From: Lama glama
Lineage: Eukaryota
Assembly: GCA_028534125.1 (NCBI GenBank)
Contig: CM052818.1
Coordinates: 39,930,001-39,994,000, forward strand
DNA length: 64,000 bases
Direction of reading: 5' to 3'
This document shows positions 37,473-50,330 of the stretch, one piece after another. Below the pieces are notes generated by a model that was not told where the DNA came from, searched no databases, and saw nothing but the letters and a program-made list of their open reading frames with translations. Every line of letters starts with the position of its first letter. Within the stretch, counting starts at the first letter, position 1. The position numbers were made by a program, and so were the translations under genes.

Positions 37473-38074
37473 CAGGTGCCTTATCCTATATAATGGAGGT
37501 AATGAGTGACCACTAGTTCAGGGCTAAGTCTTCTGACCACATATCTAGTGTCGCTTCTTCTCCCCTGGGGGGAAGGTTGCTAAAACGGGGCAATGTAAAA
37601 CACTCAGTCTATTGGAGCTTCCTGAGGTGACAAGAAGGAAGTGGGGAGACAGAAGTAGATGGCAAGATAAGGTGAGAGGGACACTGTGGCCCTAAAAAGG
37701 TGGCACAGCAGAGCAGTAAGGGAGCTTAACACCTTGAAAATGTCAATGATCCTGTGTGTGAAGGATTCACAAAGAGGTGTAAAGCCTTAAGAAATGAAGG
37801 ACAACAAGATGTTAAGGTGGGGCACAGGGCAGCCATCACGGCGGAAGCCACCATCCCCCCTTTCTGTGACTTGATCCCTGTGAAGCTACTAGTGATAGGC
37901 TGGGATTAGCCACCTTCAGGTCCTGGGACTCCCAAGAGTGTTCTGTCCAGGGCAGAAGAACAGGTTTTCTTTCTCAAGCCAATCTGCAGAATCCTGTCCC
38001 AGTCTAGGACCCCAGAACACGTCTCATTCACTCTGGAGTTTTGCCAGGACAGAGCCAACAAAAACCACCCTGTC

Positions 38075-38126
38075 TGTATCAGTCAGGGTTCTCCAGAGAA
38101 ACAGAATCAATGGTGTGTGTGTGTGT

Positions 38127-38179
<53 letters not shown>

Positions 38180-38493
38180 AATTAAGGAGGCTGCTAAGGC
38201 CAAAGTCTGTGGGGTGGATCATCAGGCTGGAGACCCAGGGAAAAACCCATGTTGCTGTTCAACTTTGAAGGTCCTCTGCTCAAGGTTATGTCAGTTTCTG
38301 TTCTATTCAGGCTTTCAACTGATTGGATGAGGCCCATCACAGGATGGAGGGTGGTCTGATTTACTCAAAGGCCACCACTTTAAATGTTAATCTCATCCAA
38401 AAGGCACCCTCATAGAAACATCCAGAATACTGCTTGATTAAGTGTTTGGACACCATGGTTCTGCCAAGTTGAAGCATACAATTAACCATCATA
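38075..38493 (-). mobile_element. MLT2 (ERVL) solo LTR with internal (TG)n and 5-bp TSD
   Basis: tgtatcagtcagggttctccagagaaacagaatcaat...ttcaactgattggatgaggccca...aatgttaatctcatccaaaa...aattaaccatcata; flanks ctgtc (38070-38074) and gtgtc (38494-38498); (TG)n at 38113-38178. Confidence 0.92.
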
Positions 38494-38934
38494 GTGTCTA
38501 ATCCTTTGATCTTGGCCAAAAGTAAGGTGTTAGGGAAAAGTGTCTGCCTCTGTGGCATAAATAATGGGAACTAGCAAGATAGTTTATCAACAGTTGTCTT
38601 CCCGGCTTCCTGCCATGTTGTGTAAAATTCCAACATTTGAGATTTGCTCCTTGGGATTTATAAGCATTTGCATGTTCAAGAGCCCTTCTTAAAATTTCAT
38701 ACCTCATGGGGGTTATTTCTTTATCTTCGCACACTTCATTGGCAAATTTTATAATTTAGCTAAAAACAGGATAAAACTAAGAAGGCAGTTGTAAGAACTA
38801 AATGAGATTAAAGACTGATCCAGTTTCTTTACGTTGTAAGCACTTGGTAAGTGACCAGTGCTATTCTGGTCTTTAGCAATATTGTTATCTGTACAGAATC
38901 TAATACAATTGTCATAGAACCTGTGCTAAATAGA

Positions 38935-39070
38935 TTTTCCTATTTTCCAGCTGAAAAAAAAAAATAGAGGCTTAGTGAGCCTTAAGGTAACTTTCCAAAG
39001 TCCCACATCGAGTCGGAGATGAGACGGAAGTTGGCACCTCGTCTGTTTGAACTCCAGGCCTTGTTATTTT
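38935..39070 (-). mobile_element. MIR fragment
   Basis: cctattttccagctgaa...gaggcttagtgagccttaaggtaactttccaaagtcccaca. Confidence 0.6.
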
Positions 39071-42000
39071 TGCTGTTTTGCTACTCTGACTTCTAGACTC
39101 CCCCGGCCAACTGTAATTCCCAGGAAGAGGGCCTAGTCTGACCCTTCTCTTCCCGCCAGCACCTAGCCTGCAGCCAGCCACGTGGCAAGAGGCCTGTAAG
39201 TGCTTGTGACATGAACCTGTGACAGTAGCTCACTCCATTGATGAATAACCTGCCTGAGCCAAAACGTGGCTGCTGAGGGTGTTCCCGGGGTCTCCTCAGG
39301 TGGAAGCCGATCTGTTTACTGAGGAGACAAACGGTGCTGAGGTAACCATGACCCCCAAGTGTCCTGGGAGCGCCCACTCAGAAGGGACGATCCCCTGCTT
39401 CCTCAGCTCCTGGAAGTAAAGCAGATGGAGCCTGCCCGCAGGGTCAGGCCTGACAGAGCCTTGAGGTATCTTCCCAGGAGCCTCCGGCCAAGGCAGGAGC
39501 ATTGAGGCCCCGTCTCTGAAGCCCTGCTCCTTCTGGCGGGGGCAGGCCGGTGTGTTTGGGTTGAGGCTGAAATGTATACCACACATCTGGCCGGTGGGGA
39601 GATGGGGAGGGCTGGTGTGGTCAGCCGAGGTGCAAGGCCATGGCAGGGCGGTTAAGCTAAAGTAACCCGAGTATGGCAGGGCCTGAGCCACCCTGGACTC
39701 AGGGAGCTCCCTCTTGGGCGGAGACTGACGCCTGAACCCATCTGCGGCTTTGCCCTGCCCGGTCCTGCCCCTAGTTCCCTGCCTTGTCCAGCTCAGCTCA
39801 GCCCGGCCAGCTCAGGCCCCGCTGGGTTCAGGCCCAGAGGAATTGAGCCCGAACTGCAGAGCCAGGAGCTCTGAGCAAGGCAGTGATGTCAGAGAGGGTG
39901 GGTGCAGTGTGGACATATTCCCCCAGCCACATCCACCCCTGGATCCCTGCATCCGAGTGTAAACGGCTGCCTTCGTGTGTTTCCTGGTGACCGTCTGAGT
40001 GCAGGTTCTGGACAGCTATGTATGTGTCTGTGTTAATGCCTGTGTGTTTTGTTGGCTCGTGTGTCTGGGTATGTTTTCCCTGGAAAATGAAAACATAATT
40101 GACTTTGTTGTAAAATTTGGTTGGTCAAAGAGCAGCGATCCTTTAGGGTTTTAAAAAATTCCCCTTATGTGCAAGGCCTCATGCAGGGGATCTGGGACAC
40201 AGAACAGAACCAGCCCTTAAACTCAGGGAGTGTGTGGTCAGCCTGGAGCACGTGCTTTCCCACGAGAGCCAGCCTGCTGCCCAGAGGGTTTGCGCGGTGC
40301 CGGGGACAGCGCGGAGAAGCCTGGTCACCGCAGCCTGGAGGCCTGAGGCCGGCCCCGGGGAAGGGCCGGGGGCAGGAGAGGTGTGTGGCTGGCCTTGCCA
40401 CTTGCTTCAAACATCTCGCCCCTCAGATAAATACAGAAAATTTGTGTCTGTCTTTCATGGTTTCAAAATTCAAAATATTTGCCAAAGTGGTAAGGACACA
40501 AAGGCCACTTTTTGGTTTCGTTTTTCTAGAGCCACCCAGACCCCCAGCATGGGATGGGAAGTGCAGCGCGTGGTCCCCTGCTCCTCATGTGGTGACGATT
40601 GCTGGGGCCTGGTCCTGCTGCTCTGACTAAGGGTGCGCTGGAACCAGGCCAAGGCGCCGCAGAGGGAATCCCCGGGCCAACCCCTCCATCCTGGTCTGGA
40701 AAAGCAAGACAGTCCATTTAAGCAGAAGCAATTCAACTGTGGCTGAGAAACTCAGGACTCTGACGTGAGGAGTCCCTGGGGATCTAAGAGGAGGTTAGAG
40801 GAAAACATGAGATATTTGTGAGGATTCCTTAAAGGGAAGGAGAAAGAGAGGGAGAGAAAAAAAAAACAGGAGACAAATACGCTGATGACAGTCTGGAGAC
40901 AATGCTTGGAGCCGCTTCTCACATGTCAAGTTGCTTCTTAACAGTCTTGGCTTGCACAGCCCGTGGTGGTGTCGCAGCCCTCTGCCCAGCACACAACCCA
41001 GGAACGAAAATGTACCAGTGGAGCCACCCCTGCCACCACCCCCGACCCCTCTGACAAACACTGACAAGCGAGTGCCCATGAATGTAGCCACCCCTTGAGA
41101 AAACGTGAGAAGCACCCTGCAGGTCTACCGCTTAGCAGTGCGATGCCTTGTACCCCCCCACTGTGGGGACAGCTTCTGGGGAGGCAATGCCCCAGGTGTC
41201 CCCCTGCTGGGGTTCCCTACCAGACAGAGCCTTAGATACTGAATGCACTGAATAAATACTATAAACACGTGGCCATTTAAGTCATTCCATGTGGCGAATT
41301 GTTTTATGAGTCTCCAAAGAAAACTCAGAAAGTGTCACCACAAGATTGACCTGGCACTGTAGTGGGGGGCAGGGCATCACCCTGGCATCCTTCCTACCAT
41401 CACTCCTGCACCTGGTATAAGCCGCAGGGTATGTGTTGGGGAATGGGCACTTGAAGAAACAGAGCTACTCTGCTCATCATCTTCCCATCCTGTAGCTGGT
41501 CATCTGCCAGTGGCCAGTCTACTCTACTCCCAGTTTGGTTTAAAAAGCATGAAAGACATGTGACTGGGCGTAGGACCTTCATGATGGTCTACCCTTTGAT
41601 ACTTAGCTCCCCCTTGGATCTGGTGTGGGCAGGCCATTAAAAATTTCAGGAAGGCCGATCCCATGTGGGCTCCATCTGTTGGGCGGGGAAAGGTCTCTCA
41701 TCTTCTACTAGGGGTGGCTTCGTGACACGCACAGAAAATCCAGAGAACATCTGTCATTCTTGGGATCAGCTGTGTAGCACCCAACTCATTTGACGGATCC
41801 CAGTCGCTGGGTGATAGTGAGAGGAGACAGTCTGTGGGTCCTCTGGTCATCGTGCTTCAAGAGAGGAACCTCCCTGTGCATTTGGACCGAGCCTCCAGCC
41901 ACCTGACAGAACAAGATGGTGCCAAGAACTCAGCAAAGACAGACTGTCCGAAGCTCCCCAGCTTCTTAGAAAGCAGAGCAGCCAATCTGCATCTATCACC

Positions 42001-43059
42001 ATAAATGGCCTGCCCGAACTGCTGGTGTCTTCAGTCCGCGCCATCATATTTCATTCAACTACCCATTCGTTACACACATCCTGAAAGCAAATAATGTTAA
42101 TGTAAATAATTTGGGAAGCATTGTTCCATCTGTGGAAAATGTGCAGTAGTTGCTTCGCCCCTTGTCTAAACTGGGGCGGCTACTTTCAGGCCAGTTTGGG
42201 AGGTAAATGAACTGTCTGGATGCTTTTCTTGGCAGTCTCTCTTATTAGTGGGAGGTGGCAGTAACGAGAACACGAGGAAGACAGAAAGTGTTTACTTAAA
42301 GCCGTGGCCAAATGGCGAGGGAGAGTTAAGATAAATCATAAGCTGTCAATGATGACAACTTCAGACTGCTACTAGTTCCCTCCTGTTTATGGAGTTTCAG
42401 ATGTTACATTTAGAATGTGAAGGAGTTTGTTAAAGTTGCTGATTGTTTAGATGACGGTGTTTGAGGCAAGAGGTAGCCACCGCCCAGACTGGGAATGGTG
42501 AGTGCACGAAGCCCATGATGAGGAAGTCTGCCCAGTGAGCGGGCACCGCTGACTCATCCCCCTTCAAGGCTCAGCCCCTGGACCAGCTGAGGCTTGCTAC
42601 ACTTTTGTCACCTGACAGGCAATAATAGAGTATTAGAGTGAAGGGCCAAACGGATATGTGAGCTGAGTTCTTTGCTTTTTTTTGATTGCTCTTCTTAGCC
42701 AAGATAACTGTGCTTGGGTGTTGGCTTTTAAATTGCAGCTTAGAGCTTGGTTCATGTGAGCAAAAGACCAGAAACTTTTGAGGGCGCCCAATGTCCTTAA
42801 CTGTTTTCACCCAAACTCCTCTCTGAATGCATATCCATTTTTTTTTAATTAGCTTTTTTGAGTCTTCAGTGTTTATTTTACCGAACTGCAATGTCTTCCG
42901 CTTTCCTGGAGCTCGCTCGCAGAAAGAATGACTGCATCAGTGGTAATTTCAGAGGACGTTCCAGAGAATGAGTATGTTCTATTCTTGCACACAAGGCTTA
43001 GGAAGGCCTGTAAAGAGCTCTTCTCTGACTTGTGTATCCCTTCTCTGTACATGGCTCTC

Positions 43060-43440
43060 AGACACTTATGAAGTGCCAGCCAGGGTCCAGATACAATGGC
43101 AAATGTGACAGTCTATCCCATCAGAGGTATGGTGTAATTAGGAAGGACTGTTATGCCAACAAATCATCTCAAGAAATGGCCAAGCTGTGGTGTAGAAGCA
43201 TCTATACATTATTGAGAAGGGGAAAGGTAGGTCGAGTTCAAATCCCTGAGGAAGATGGGGAAGATGACACTGATCCAGGTCGCAAAGGTTGGATAGACGT
43301 TTTCCAGATGAGCAAGTGAGGCCAGGTTCCTCTAGGCAGAGGAAGCCAGGTTAAAAAACAACCTGAAGCATGTCGTGGTTGGAGAATTGCTTAGTAGCTC
43401 TGTGTGGCTGATCATGACTTACAAGGGATGGTGGCTGAAG
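43060..43440 (-). mobile_element. L2 fragment
   Basis: cacttatgaagtgccagcc...ccctgaggaagatg...tagacgtttccagatg...ttcctctaggcagaggaagc. Confidence 0.6.
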
Positions 43441-43536
43441 GTGAATAGGATAATCATAAATTTTACAAAGATGGGAATAATTAGTAAAAGAAAAACTAAA
43501 ACAAAGCAACAACATCAAGAATTAAATTCCACCATA

Positions 43537-43773
43537 TGAACATAGCGGCAGAGACTGGAGTGATGTGTCTGCAAACCGAGCAATGCCAAAGATGGCTGGC
43601 AGCCACCAGATGCTAGGAGAGGGGCATGGAACAGATTCTCTCTCACAGCCCTCAGAACCAAATCTCCTGACACTTTGATTTCACACTTCTTGCTTCCTGA
43701 ATTGAGACTAAATTTCTGTTATTTAACCCACTCCATTTGTAGTACTTTGTTATATAGCCCCAGAGGACTAATA
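43537..43773 (+). mobile_element. MLT1B/C LTR, 3' half
   Basis: ggcagagactggagtgatgtgtctgcaaaccgagcaatgccaaaga...catggaacagattctctctcacagccctcagaacc...tactttgttatatagccccagaggactaata. Confidence 0.85.
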
Positions 43774-44911
43774 TGGAATCAGCTTTGAAGCAGCCGAGGA
43801 TAGGTGGGAAGAAGGAAAGTGCTTGCGAGCAGGATGTCTGACTGATGGGGACAGAATTTAAGATAGATTGGAAACATACATGAAACAGCCCAGAGCAATG
43901 GCACTCCAGATGGTCCTGCTGCCTAAGGTGATTCTCCAGACCATGCCTGGCTATTGGGTACTTTTCAAATAAAAATCGTTTTATGACAATGAAACTGAAG
44001 GGGTTTTAGATTGACGAGTACTGTAGAACCCAGATAAGTGCTTCATCAGGAATCAAAATTAGTTCATTCTTGACTGAGAGAATATATATTTAATGTAGTG
44101 ATCCAAGGAAATCATGTGACATGGACTTTCAAAGCACATGCTTCAAAAAAAGAAGAGATGATTATTCACTTAAAAAAAAGTTTAGCAGTTACTTACTAAC
44201 ACTGAGGAGACACTGTAGGGTGGATTAAAAAGATGCGCTTGTGGTTCTTGTGGCAGTAGCCTCACAAAACATGGATGCAAAATAAGGTAATATCTCCTCA
44301 ATATTCATTTTATTAGAATGAGGCTCTGGACTGGTCCATCTGTCAGAAATTGCCTCCTCCCCTCCAAATACCTCCAAGCATTTCTCATGTCTCACCTTCT
44401 CTTAAGCAATCAGTTCTCCTTCTTCTGCTCTGACCCTTCTGGTCTCAATGGTATGTTCTCAGAGTCTTTCCTGCTAAGAATCCCCTCAGTGAGATCTTTG
44501 CTCTGCTGGCACTGTTGTCTCCACGAATGTCCACCCTGAACACCCCCTCCACTCCAGGCTCCGAGAGTGAGTACTCCTCTGATTCTCACAGCTCACTTGA
44601 TAGCAGGATGAGACTTGAGCAAGACTTTACCAAGTCCTACATGGAATCCACAGAATAATGTCTGTGCCCAGACTCACACCCTGTCCTACCTAATAGGCTT
44701 CCCTGCAGTGGGCATCTTCACATCCAAGACTCTAAGCCAAACACCTCTCTGGCTCTATGTAGAAGCATCTCTCTACTTCTCAGTCCTGTTCCGGGGTGAC
44801 TGACTGCAGGGCTGTGTTTCCCCAGGGGAAACCCTGCTCCCTCCTCACAAGTGACTGTCTGACCCAATGGAACAGACATTGCAAAGAGAATAGTTACCAT
44901 GCTTTAGACAT

Positions 44912-45140
44912 GATTCAGTCGTTCAGCAAATATTTATTGGATGCTGACAGCAACAAACAAAACAGACAAACTTTCTGCTGTTGAGGAGTTTATGTTCTAT
45001 CAGGGGAAGGACAACCACGAGGAAACACAGGGAAAACATCAGGGAATGTGACTGGTGCTGGGAAGACAGTGACAAGGTTGATGCAACCAAGATGCATGAG
45101 CAGGTGGCCAAGAGATACCACCAAGTGATGCTCGGAAGGC
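44912..45140 (-). mobile_element. L2 3' end fragment
   Basis: attcagtcgttcagcaaatatttattgg...aaacagacaaactttctgctgttgaggagtttatgttcta. Confidence 0.75.
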
Positions 45141-45424
45141 AAGAAGAGCTGTGATGTAACCCAATGCAATCCTGAGATCCAAAGAGGTTTGGAGAACTGG
45201 GCTCTAACACATAATTGTACTCATTATAAGAGGACAGTCCCTGTCTTTAAGAAAAGGCTTGGGATTGGGTTCTATATAAAATAAAGAATGAGTAAGTACA
45301 TGTGAAGTTAATGGATAGTGGACCCTTAAAGTTTTAAGGAAAAAACTTTATTGAGTAAAGGATGCTTTAGTTTGCTTTTCTAGTTGTATAGACAGCAATA
45401 TCTCATAGAAACATCCAAGTTTGG

Positions 45425-46370
45425 CAGCTTGAAAATTGTCAGCACTGACCTCTAGCAATTTCTTAAATTCCCTCTCAGATGGGCCCAACATCTGTGTCAT
45501 ATCTGAGTCTGCTTCTATCGACTGATTTATCTCAGCATTATGTTGTTTCTCCTTACTGTTTCAAATACTGTGTACATTTTTGTTTAGAGCCAAACACCTT
45601 GTGTAGGACAGTAGAGTCTAAGGTAAATAATTTTTTTATGCATAGGAATTACCATACATTTCTTTCCATCATGTTCTTAATGTGGGAGTCTGAGTTAATC
45701 TCATCAGGAGTACAGCTGGGTCTGAGGCTCATGGTCACCCTCAGCACACTGGAGACTTCAAATTCCTTCACTCATACTTTGCACGTCAGTGCTCCCGATC
45801 CTCCCTCAGCTGTAGTTCTGGGTCCTGAAAGTATATTTGCTCCTGCCCCAGGAGTAGAGGTTTTCTTCTTATTTCTTTTGCCCAGATGCAGTGAGTTTTC
45901 CCTAGTGTCCTAAGGGTGGCAGTATCCATTGCACAACTGCCCTCCCTTACAGATTAAGGATTGTGTTCCTTGGTCAGAGAGAAGAGAAAAGGGCCTGGGT
46001 CTCACCATAAGGGATACTTTCTCAAGATGTTGCCCACTCATTTTTGCCAGTACCCAGTGGTGTCTGTAGAACAAAACGGTGCTTTCATATCTGCAGCTCT
46101 AAGGAGCTCCACTCTCTTGGCATCTCACACTTGCTACTCCCAGTCCCTTGACTATACCGTATGACGTTTCCTGATGGGTGTCCGACTGCGTCTGCCCCAG
46201 CTAAGCCCCTATTCCTGTCCCATCTCTCCCCGCAACCTCACCTCTCTGATGCAGTCCAGAGAAGTGAACTTGTAGATTGTCTGGCTTTTGTTGTTGTTGT
46301 TGTAAGGATGGAAGTGACACTTCTTTCAGTGCTTGGTATCCCAAGCAGAAACCAGATGTCTCTACCTGTT
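45425..46370 (-). mobile_element. Old L1M 5'-region fragment (L1MC/L1M4-like)
   Basis: ccaacatctgtgtcatatctgagtctgcttctatcgactg...ttgtgtaggacagtagagtctaaggtaaataat is typical of antisense old L1 5' ends. Confidence 0.6.
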
Positions 46371-48159
46371 TCTCAATAATACTGACAATCCCATCCATAT
46401 TGTGTGTGTGCTATGTGAATGTGGATGTATATATACATGCATTTCTATACATGAATATTTAGATGGTGAAATTATGTAAAAGCTAGAAAGCACATTCATA
46501 TACATTTATGCATAAATCAAGACCCTCTCATTGATCTGTAACCTGTTCATGAGGTCATAGTGCCCTTAATGGAAAGTAAATTATATATTTAATACAAAAT
46601 ATATGTACAAATTCCTACAGTGTTTCCAATAACTAGTTGTTTTAACTCAGGTTCGTAGCTACTTGGGTGTGAACAGAATAGGAACAAAGGTGATTGTGAA
46701 TACTTATAAGAAAGAGTGTTTTCTTTTGAAGGATGTAGAAGTTCTCAGTGTGAAGGATGTGAAGTTCTCAGTAAACTTGCGTTCTTGATGCCTTTTAGAG
46801 AATGTTGCAAAGGACATGGCCCACAACGCCTGCTTTGGGTCACTTGTGTACCGAAAATATAGCTCAGTGTCTACTTTAAATATTTTCATACAGGCCAATG
46901 ACTGTAATGACTAATAAGAGAAATGACTAATCGCAATGACTACTAAGAAAAAAAGAGTCAAATGGTTTCCAAAACCTGTTAATTAATACTGCAGTTCTTG
47001 CATAATAACCTCAGAATTAAAAAACAAAAGACAATTCAGTAACTAAAGGTGACATTAAATAGCTTTGAGACCTTGGTCAAAGTAATCTTTCTGAGGCCCA
47101 TTTTCCTCATCTACATCGTGAGGATTGGATTATCTGACTTAATGGGTAACTGTGTTTGCGGGGGTTCCTACATAAATCCCCCTGCAAAGGGCAGGAGGCT
47201 CACAACGGTAGCCTCTGACAACAACAAAAAAACCACCTCAATGTGAATGACGGCCTTTCTTTCTTTCTCAGTCCGTCCCAGAGTTGTAGGTGCTTTGCAG
47301 AGCTGTCCCTTCATCCTCTTGTCCCATTGCTCACTTGTTTCTAACAGCATGAGCTACTGAACTAACTGTGCTGGATAGTCTGCTGCTGTTCGGGCCATAT
47401 TCACTCCCGGGCAGGGGGCAGGTCGTCATATGCTAACATTTTCTTTCTCCTCCAGTCACATGGCCAGACCAGCGAGGGGGCCTGAGGTCACCCCCTCTTC
47501 TCCTTTTCTTATTTACAGGGTCGACATTGGAACAACCCACAATCCCTCTATGACTGTATCTTAGGAACTGGGTCTGGGGTACCTCTCTGCCTGATGATGA
47601 GAACGTGCTTTTTATGATAAGAGTTGTTTTTTATGGTAGAGTACTTTTCATTTATTTGTTGTTTTGTTCAACAAACAGTTCTGTCTCTGAAATTTCTCCA
47701 GGTTAATTTTATTTTTTTTCCATGCAGTACTTGCCATATTTATTACTTGTGTCTTCTGTTCCATGTGAGCAGCCCAAGGATATTAAGATTCCAAGATAAA
47801 ATATTCAGTTTAGAGTTTGGGGATCTGGATGGGGATCTGAGAGGATGCCATATGTCCTAGACATGTTACCAGAAAGTTCTGTGTTTGTTTATTTGGCATT
47901 GGCCAGGCTAATCATAAAGTCTACTTTAATTTCCCATTTGCTGGAGTCCCTTGTTCTTATAATCCCCTTGGGGACTTTCAGGGAAGGAGCTGTGAGATTA
48001 GGGCAGGATTCAGATGTTCCTGGCCCCCTGGCCCCAGGAGAATACTATCTAACATTACCAACACTTCACCCCTCTTCCTAAGACATCACTTTCCTTTTGA
48101 GGAGACAGTCATCCGAATGTTTCCTAGATGTGGAGCCTGTACACAATCGTTTTCTGAGC

Positions 48160-48260
48160 CTTATCATCATTAACTTTCCAATACAGATGAAAGTTGAACG
48201 CTAAGAAGATAAGGATTCAGTTGGGGAGTGTTCACTTGCGGTACAAGATTGCAGGGCAAA
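48160..48260 (-). mobile_element. MIR fragment
   Basis: ttatcatcattaactttccaatacagatgaaagttgaacgctaagaag. Confidence 0.5.
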
Positions 48261-49439
48261 AATGTCCAGACTGCAGAAAGGGACATCAGGGTCAGGCCTT
48301 CTGGGTGATGACATGGTCAGGGATGGGTTGCATGTGGACTATTTTGGAGTGGCAGAAGCAGGATTTCTGGTTCTGCATGCTTGGATTTATGCAGAAGGGT
48401 CATTTCTACCATGTAGGAAAGGGAAGAGATGCTCACAAGAAACATGGAGAAGAAGGATTTTCTGTAAATCGCTCCTCTTTGTTCAGAGCCGCACAGTAAA
48501 CACAGCTCGGCCCCTCCTGTGCAGGCAGAAGGCCCTGCTCTGCATCCCTCTGGGACACCACCGGAGAGCAAACACCTTGGGTCCTGCCTCTTTGAGATGC
48601 TGAGCCTTCCCAGGGAGGGTCCTCGCTTGTCTTTATGCCACACACACTAGGGGGCTCAGGGAGGCAAACTGAGGCAAGTCAAACAGTAAACCTGAGCTTC
48701 TGAGATTCGAATCCTCCCACTTCTTCCAAATTCTAAAGAATCTTTTCTAATTTAAAACAGTTAGCCAAGACAAGTCAATCAAGTCTGGCTTTTCCCATCA
48801 CTGTTTTATTTGGGCTCTGAACTTCGATTTTTTTCCCCTACCTCTCCGATAACTTTGATCAGTTTATGGATCTTAGAATTTTGTTAGAAGCTAGAATTAG
48901 AAAGATGGCAAAAGTTTAAGGCCAGTCCATTTTAAATGTCAGTTTATTGGGGAAAGAGAAAAACAACCAGATTCGGTTTTAATGAAAATGAGACTATTAA
49001 AGTCCATCATTTAATTCTCTCTCTTTTTCCCAGAAGGTCTACATAGAATATAGCTATTTTTGCTGATGAAGTTATCAAAAGCTGATCTTTCTCCTGACAA
49101 TTCATAATTGCCCTGAAAGAGGGGACCACATCTTAACCATTGATAAATAGCTGGTACCCAGCCTATGGTCTAACACCTGGCAAGCAGTTGACAGATGCTT
49201 TTGAAAGACTACATGGATGAAAGGACTGACAGACTGACCTTAATTTCTCAATTCTTGGTTAATCATTTTAAATATATTTGGATAGAAGCACACAGCCATG
49301 GGTTGCCTCCTTACCACAGGTGTGTCCATGGTCCTCTCTTATTTAATTGCATCTCATTGTTTTCTCCTTCACTCTCCCTCCTTCCATGCACACTTGTGTG
49401 CACCCATCTGTCATCAGTTACCTCATCTAGAATGTCTGC

Positions 49440-49516
49440 ATTTGTTAGGGTATCTCTATAGGTTTATCACATAAACCTGAAATCTCAGTGGCTTAACAAA
49501 ATAGATGTTTATTTCT

Positions 49517-49548
<32 letters not shown>

Positions 49549-49620
49549 CACTTTGGAGGATCTACCTCGCTGTCTCTGTCTCTCTGTCTCATACATATAG
49601 TGAGAGAGAGAGAGAGACAA
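49440..49620. repeat. Old MLT1 terminal fragment followed by (TG)n and (GA)n microsatellites
   Basis: aaacctgaaatctcagtggcttaacaaaatagatgtttatttcttg (MLT1J-like end), then (TG)n at about 49521-49546 and (GA)n at about 49602-49617. Confidence 0.65.
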
Positions 49621-49639
49621 TTATATAAAGACATGTAGA

Positions 49640-50330
49640 GAAGACACATGAATGAGAGAATGAATGGAAAGATACCCATTAAAAAGTGGACCGTGGTTAA
49701 TTCTCAATGCTAGAATTATATGTAGCTTTTATTTTCTTCTTTTCCTTTTTTTGCACTGTCAAATTTTCTAAAATAACTGTTATTATCAAGAAAAAAGATA
49801 AATTCCCAAAGGTCTGGATGAACAGTATGGACATTCTAAGGCCCTCAATATTTATTGACAGTTTTTTTTACAGGTAGCTTGTGCCAATTGATACTTCCTC
49901 CAGGGAGACATAGTAAAGCAACTAACACATTAGACTGTCATGAGAATTATTCTAATTTTAAGAATTAGAGGGGAAAAAAACATTTATAGAGAGATACTCA
50001 CCACTACATTATTTAAAATAATAAAAATTCTAGAAAATCAAGGGAACTAATTGAATTATGGTTTATTTGTTGATACAATATGATCTTCAAAAACATATTA
50101 GAGTTTTTACTCATGCTGGAAAATGCTTGTGTTATATTATTATGTGTAAAAAAGAAGCCATGCCAAATTATATATAATTATGATTCCAATTACATAAAAT
50201 ACATTTTTCAAAATAAAAAATGACATTCCCCAAAATATGAGCAATACTTACCTCTGGCTGTGGGTTATGAGTTACCGTGATCATTTTCTTCATATTTTCC
50301 AATAGTTTTCCACTTTGTTGTTTTTTTTCT
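49640..50330 (+). mobile_element. L1ME-type 3' UTR fragments
   Basis: ggaaagatacccattaaaaagtggaccgtggtta...ttttctaaaataac and ggaaaatgcttgtgttatatt...tatgattccaatta...cttacctctggctgtggg. Confidence 0.6.

Noticed and set aside
39789..39880. AGCTC/GAGCT pentamers resembling an immunoglobulin switch region
   Set aside because: Only a handful of units in under 100 bp; no Ig exons nearby
40121..40630. 169-aa ORF in the GC-rich segment
   Set aside because: TTG start, several overlapping ORFs on both strands as expected from high GC, no recognisable homology
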